Assembly: GCA_963847705.1 (NCBI GenBank)
Contig: CAWKBC010000010.1
Coordinates: forward strand, 32,001 to 96,000
Length of the DNA: 64,000 nt
Direction of reading: 5' to 3'
Source: an uncultured Pseudomonadota bacterium
Lineage (GTDB): Bacteria > Myxococcota_A > Polyangia > Fen-1088
Below are positions 61,217-64,000 of the stretch, piece after piece. Position numbers and translations under genes: made by a program. Every line of letters begins with the position of its first letter. Position 1 is the first letter of the stretch. The notes below the pieces were generated by a model. That model did not search any database. It was given only the letters and a program-made list of their open reading frames with translations, and was not told where the DNA came from.

Positions 61217-64000
61217 TTATTCCTCGACGGTGGGGCGCGATCCGACCAGCAAACGGAGCATGACCGGCAGGACGATGAGGCCGAGGATCGTCGACGAGAG
61301 GATCCCGCCGATGACGACCGTCGCCAGCGGGCGTTGGACCTCGGCGCCCGCGTGGGTCGAGATCGCCATCGGGATGAAACCGAGCGCCGCCACCAGCGCG
61401 GTGGTGATGACCGGACGAAAGACCGTCCCCGCGGTGGCGCGAATCTCGGTGGGGGCGTCGCCGGCCGACTGAGCGAAGCGGCGCGCCAGCTCGCCGGCCA
61501 TGACGACGCCGTTCAAGACCGCGACCCCGGCGACGGCGATGAAGCCGACCGCCGCCGGGATCGAGAAGGGCAACCCCCGGAGCGACAGCGCCAGCACCCC
61601 GCCCACCAGCGCCAGCGGGACGTTGACGAACACCGCCACGGCGTAGCGCAGCTCACCGAACATCAGGAACAGCATGGCGAAGATCACGCAGAGGGCGATG
61701 GGGGCCACGTAGCCGAGCCGCTGGCTGGCGCGGGTGAAGTTCTCGAACTGGCCGCCCCACTCCACCGTGACCCCCTCGGGCAGCGTCACCGCCTTTTCGA
61801 CCCGGGCGCGCGCCTCGGTGACGAAGCTGACCAGATCGCGCCCGCGGACGTTGACCTCGACCAGGACCCGCCGTTGCAGCGACTCGCGGTTGATGACCGC
61901 CGGCCCTTCGGTCTCGCGGATGGTGGCCACCGAGGCGAGCGGGACCAGGTGCCCGGTCGATGAGCCGACCAGCAGCTCGCCGAAGGCTTCGGGGGTGAGC
62001 GTGGCCGGCGGCAGCAGCAGCATCAGATCGAAGCGGCGCGACCCCTCGAAGATCTTCCCGGCGAAGCGGCCGACCCGCGACGCCTCGACCACCTCCAGCA
62101 CCCGATCGGCGCTCATCCCGTAGCGCGCCAGCCGCTGTCGGTCCGGCGTCACCTCGAGAAGGGGCAGGCCGAGCACCCGCTGGACCCGCCAGTCGCCCCG
62201 CCCGGGAACGTCGCGCACCACCTTACCGATCTCGTCGGCCGTCTTCTTGAGCACCACCAGATCGGGGCCGAACAGCTTGATCACCACGTCGGCGCGCGAG
62301 CCGGCCAGGAGCTGGTTCACCCGATCCTCGATCGGCTGCGACACCGAGACGAAGGTCGCCGGAACCTGGGACTCCACCTGCTGCTTGATCACCTCGCCCA
62401 GATCGTCGAGATCGTGGGCGCTGGTCCATTCGTCCCGCGGGCGCAGCTTGACCATCACCTCGGTCTCGTCGGGGCCGACCGGATCGGTCGCCACCTCCGA
62501 GCGCCCGGTGAGAGTGACGACCGATTTGACTTCCGGGATGCGGGCCAGCACGTCCTCCACCTGCACGCCCAGGCGCTGGGCCTCGGTGATGGAGATGGAG
62601 GGCAACCGTTTGACGTCGAGGGACAGCTCCCCCTCGTCGAGCCGCGGGACGAACTCCGCCCCCAGCGTGGTCGCCACCACCGCCGTCCCGATGAGCGCCG
62701 TGGCCGCCACCGCCAGCACCAGCTTGGGCCGCGGCAAGAGGCGGTCGAGCAGCTCTTCGTAGCGCAGCCGCGCCCGCCCGAACAGGCCGTCGTGCTTGCC
62801 GTGCGGCTTCACGGGGCCGAGCACCGTGGCGGCCAGCGCCGGGAAGGCGGTCAGCGAGAACAGCAGCGCACCGCCGAGCGCCAGCGCGACGGTGACCGCC
62901 ATCGGCTTGAACATCCGCCCCTCCACCCCTTCGAGGGCCATGAGCGGCAGATAGACCAGCAGGATGATGAGCAGCGAGAAGACCACCGGGCGGGCCGCCT
63001 TCCCCATCGACTGGGCCACCAGGTAGGAGACGTCCTCCCGGCTCTGGGCCCGGCGCACGGCGATCTCGAGCAGCGCCACCTCCAGCATCACGATCGCCCC
63101 GTCGACCAGCAGGCCGAAGTCGATCGCCCCCAGCGACATGAGGTTCCCGGTGATGCCGAGCTGGACCATCCCGATGAGCGCGAGCCCCATGGCCAGCGGA
63201 ATGGCCAGCGCGGCGATCAGCGCCCCGCGGAAGCTCCCCAGGGTGAAGAAGAGGACCACCGCCACCAGGAGCGCCCCCTCCGCCAGGTTCATGCCGACCG
63301 TCTTCAGCATGCGGCCGATGAACTCGGCGCGGTCGTAGTACGAGCGGATCTCCACCCCCGCCGGCAGCTCGCGCTGGATCTCGGCCAGCTTCGCCTTGAC
63401 CCCCCGCACGACGTCGCGCGAGTTGGCGCCGGTCAGCATCATCACCGTGGCTTTGACGATTTCGCCGTCGCCGTGCTTGGTCACCGCGCCGAAGCGGAGC
63501 GCCGAGCCGATGCGCACGCTGCCCAGGTTCTTGACCAGCACCGGCGTCCCGTCGGCGTCGGAGGTCACCACGGTGTTCTCGATCTCATCGAGGCTGTGGA
63601 ACTGGGCGTCGGCGCGGATGGAGAACGACTCCCCGTTCTTCTCGATGTAGCCGCCGCCCACCGCCGCGTTGTTGCGCTCGAGGATGCTCTGCACGTCCCC
63701 GAGCGACAGCCGGTAGCCGGCCAGCCGCTTGGGGTCCAGCACCACCTGGTACTGCTTGGCCTCGCCCCCCATGCCGTTGACCTCGACGACGCCGGGGACC
63801 GAACGCAGCTTGATCGACACGTCCCAGTCGAGCATCGTGCGCAGCTCCATCGGCGTGTGCTTCTTCGAGACCAGATAGAACTCGTAGATCTCGCCGAGAC
63901 CGGTGGAGACGGGGCCGAGCTCGGGGTGGCCGTAGCCGGGCGGGATGTCGGCCTCGGCGATCTTGACCCGCTCGGACACCATCTGGCGGGCCAGCCAGCC
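61217..64000 (-). CDS. CusA/CzcA heavy-metal RND efflux pump (5'-truncated)
   Basis: GNLMSLGAIDFGLLVDGAIV, EFVPRLDEG, GFIAVAGVAVLNG, RPVITTALVAALGF, AEVQRPLATVVIGG. Confidence 0.93.
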   Translation of the reverse strand, partial: GWLARQMVSERVKIAEADIPPGYGHPELGPVSTGLGEIYEFYLVSKKHTPMELRTMLDWDVSIKLRSVPGVVEVNGMGGEAKQYQVVLDPKRLAGYRLSLGDVQSILERNNAAVGGGYIEKNGESFSIRADAQFHSLDEIENTVVTSDADGTPVLVKNLGSVRIGSALRFGAVTKHGDGEIVKATVMMLTGANSRDVVRGVKAKLAEIQRELPAGVEIRSYYDRAEFIGRMLKTVGMNLAEGALLVAVVLFFTLGSFRGALIAALAIPLAMGLALIGMVQLGITGNLMSLGAIDFGLLVDGAIVMLEVALLEIAVRRAQSREDVSYLVAQSMGKAARPVVFSLLIILLVYLPLMALEGVEGRMFKPMAVTVALALGGALLFSLTAFPALAATVLGPVKPHGKHDGLFGRARLRYEELLDRLLPRPKLVLAVAATALIGTAVVATTLGAEFVPRLDEGELSLDVKRLPSISITEAQRLGVQVEDVLARIPEVKSVVTLTGRSEVATDPVGPDETEVMVKLRPRDEWTSAHDLDDLGEVIKQQVESQVPATFVSVSQPIEDRVNQLLAGSRADVVIKLFGPDLVVLKKTADEIGKVVRDVPGRGDWRVQRVLGLPLLEVTPDRQRLARYGMSADRVLEVVEASRVGRFAGKIFEGSRRFDLMLLLPPATLTPEAFGELLVGSSTGHLVPLASVATIRETEGPAVINRESLQRRVLVEVNVRGRDLVSFVTEARARVEKAVTLPEGVTVEWGGQFENFTRASQRLGYVAPIALCVIFAMLFLMFGELRYAVAVFVNVPLALVGGVLALSLRGLPFSIPAAVGFIAVAGVAVLNGVVMAGELARRFAQSAGDAPTEIRATAGTVFRPVITTALVAALGFIPMAISTHAGAEVQRPLATVVIGGILSSTILGLIVLPVMLRLLVGSRPTVEE

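Overview
Very GC-rich bacterial DNA, probably from a myxobacterium (Polyangia-like). Signs of this are an Oar-like TonB-dependent transporter, a Ser/Thr kinase, a stand-alone PilZ protein and lipoproteins with long Gly/Thr linkers. I see no rRNA, tRNA, CRISPR array or transposase. From left to right the window holds: (1) a cupredoxin-like protein plus a membrane Ser/Thr kinase; (2) a ZIP transporter, folK, UDP-glucuronate decarboxylase and a PilZ protein; (3) an envelope cluster of secreted protein, TPR lipoprotein, TonB, ExbB and two ExbD, followed after an 11-bp-period repeat array by a lipoprotein and an Oar-like transporter; (4) comM-recA; (5) TetR plus a heterodimeric ABC exporter; (6) leuA with an eroded regulatory domain, ate/bpt, catalase, a sulfatase and a GH9 hydrolase; (7) a tightly coupled minus-strand operon of GH54 arabinofuranosidase, outer-membrane barrel, GalT-like uridylyltransferase, IMPase-like phosphatase and a plant-ARA1-like GHMP kinase; (8) a ~21.5 kb nitrogen-scavenging island with atzF, a BMP-ABC transporter, biuH, a cupin, urease (fused gamma/beta subunit), an atypical PII, trtA, urtABCDE and an FmdC-like porin; (9) a truncated CusA/CzcA RND pump. 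Operon (7) is my best candidate for an undescribed system, a Leloir-like or nucleotide-sugar route for L-arabinose. All family calls come from motif recognition by eye; no database search was run.
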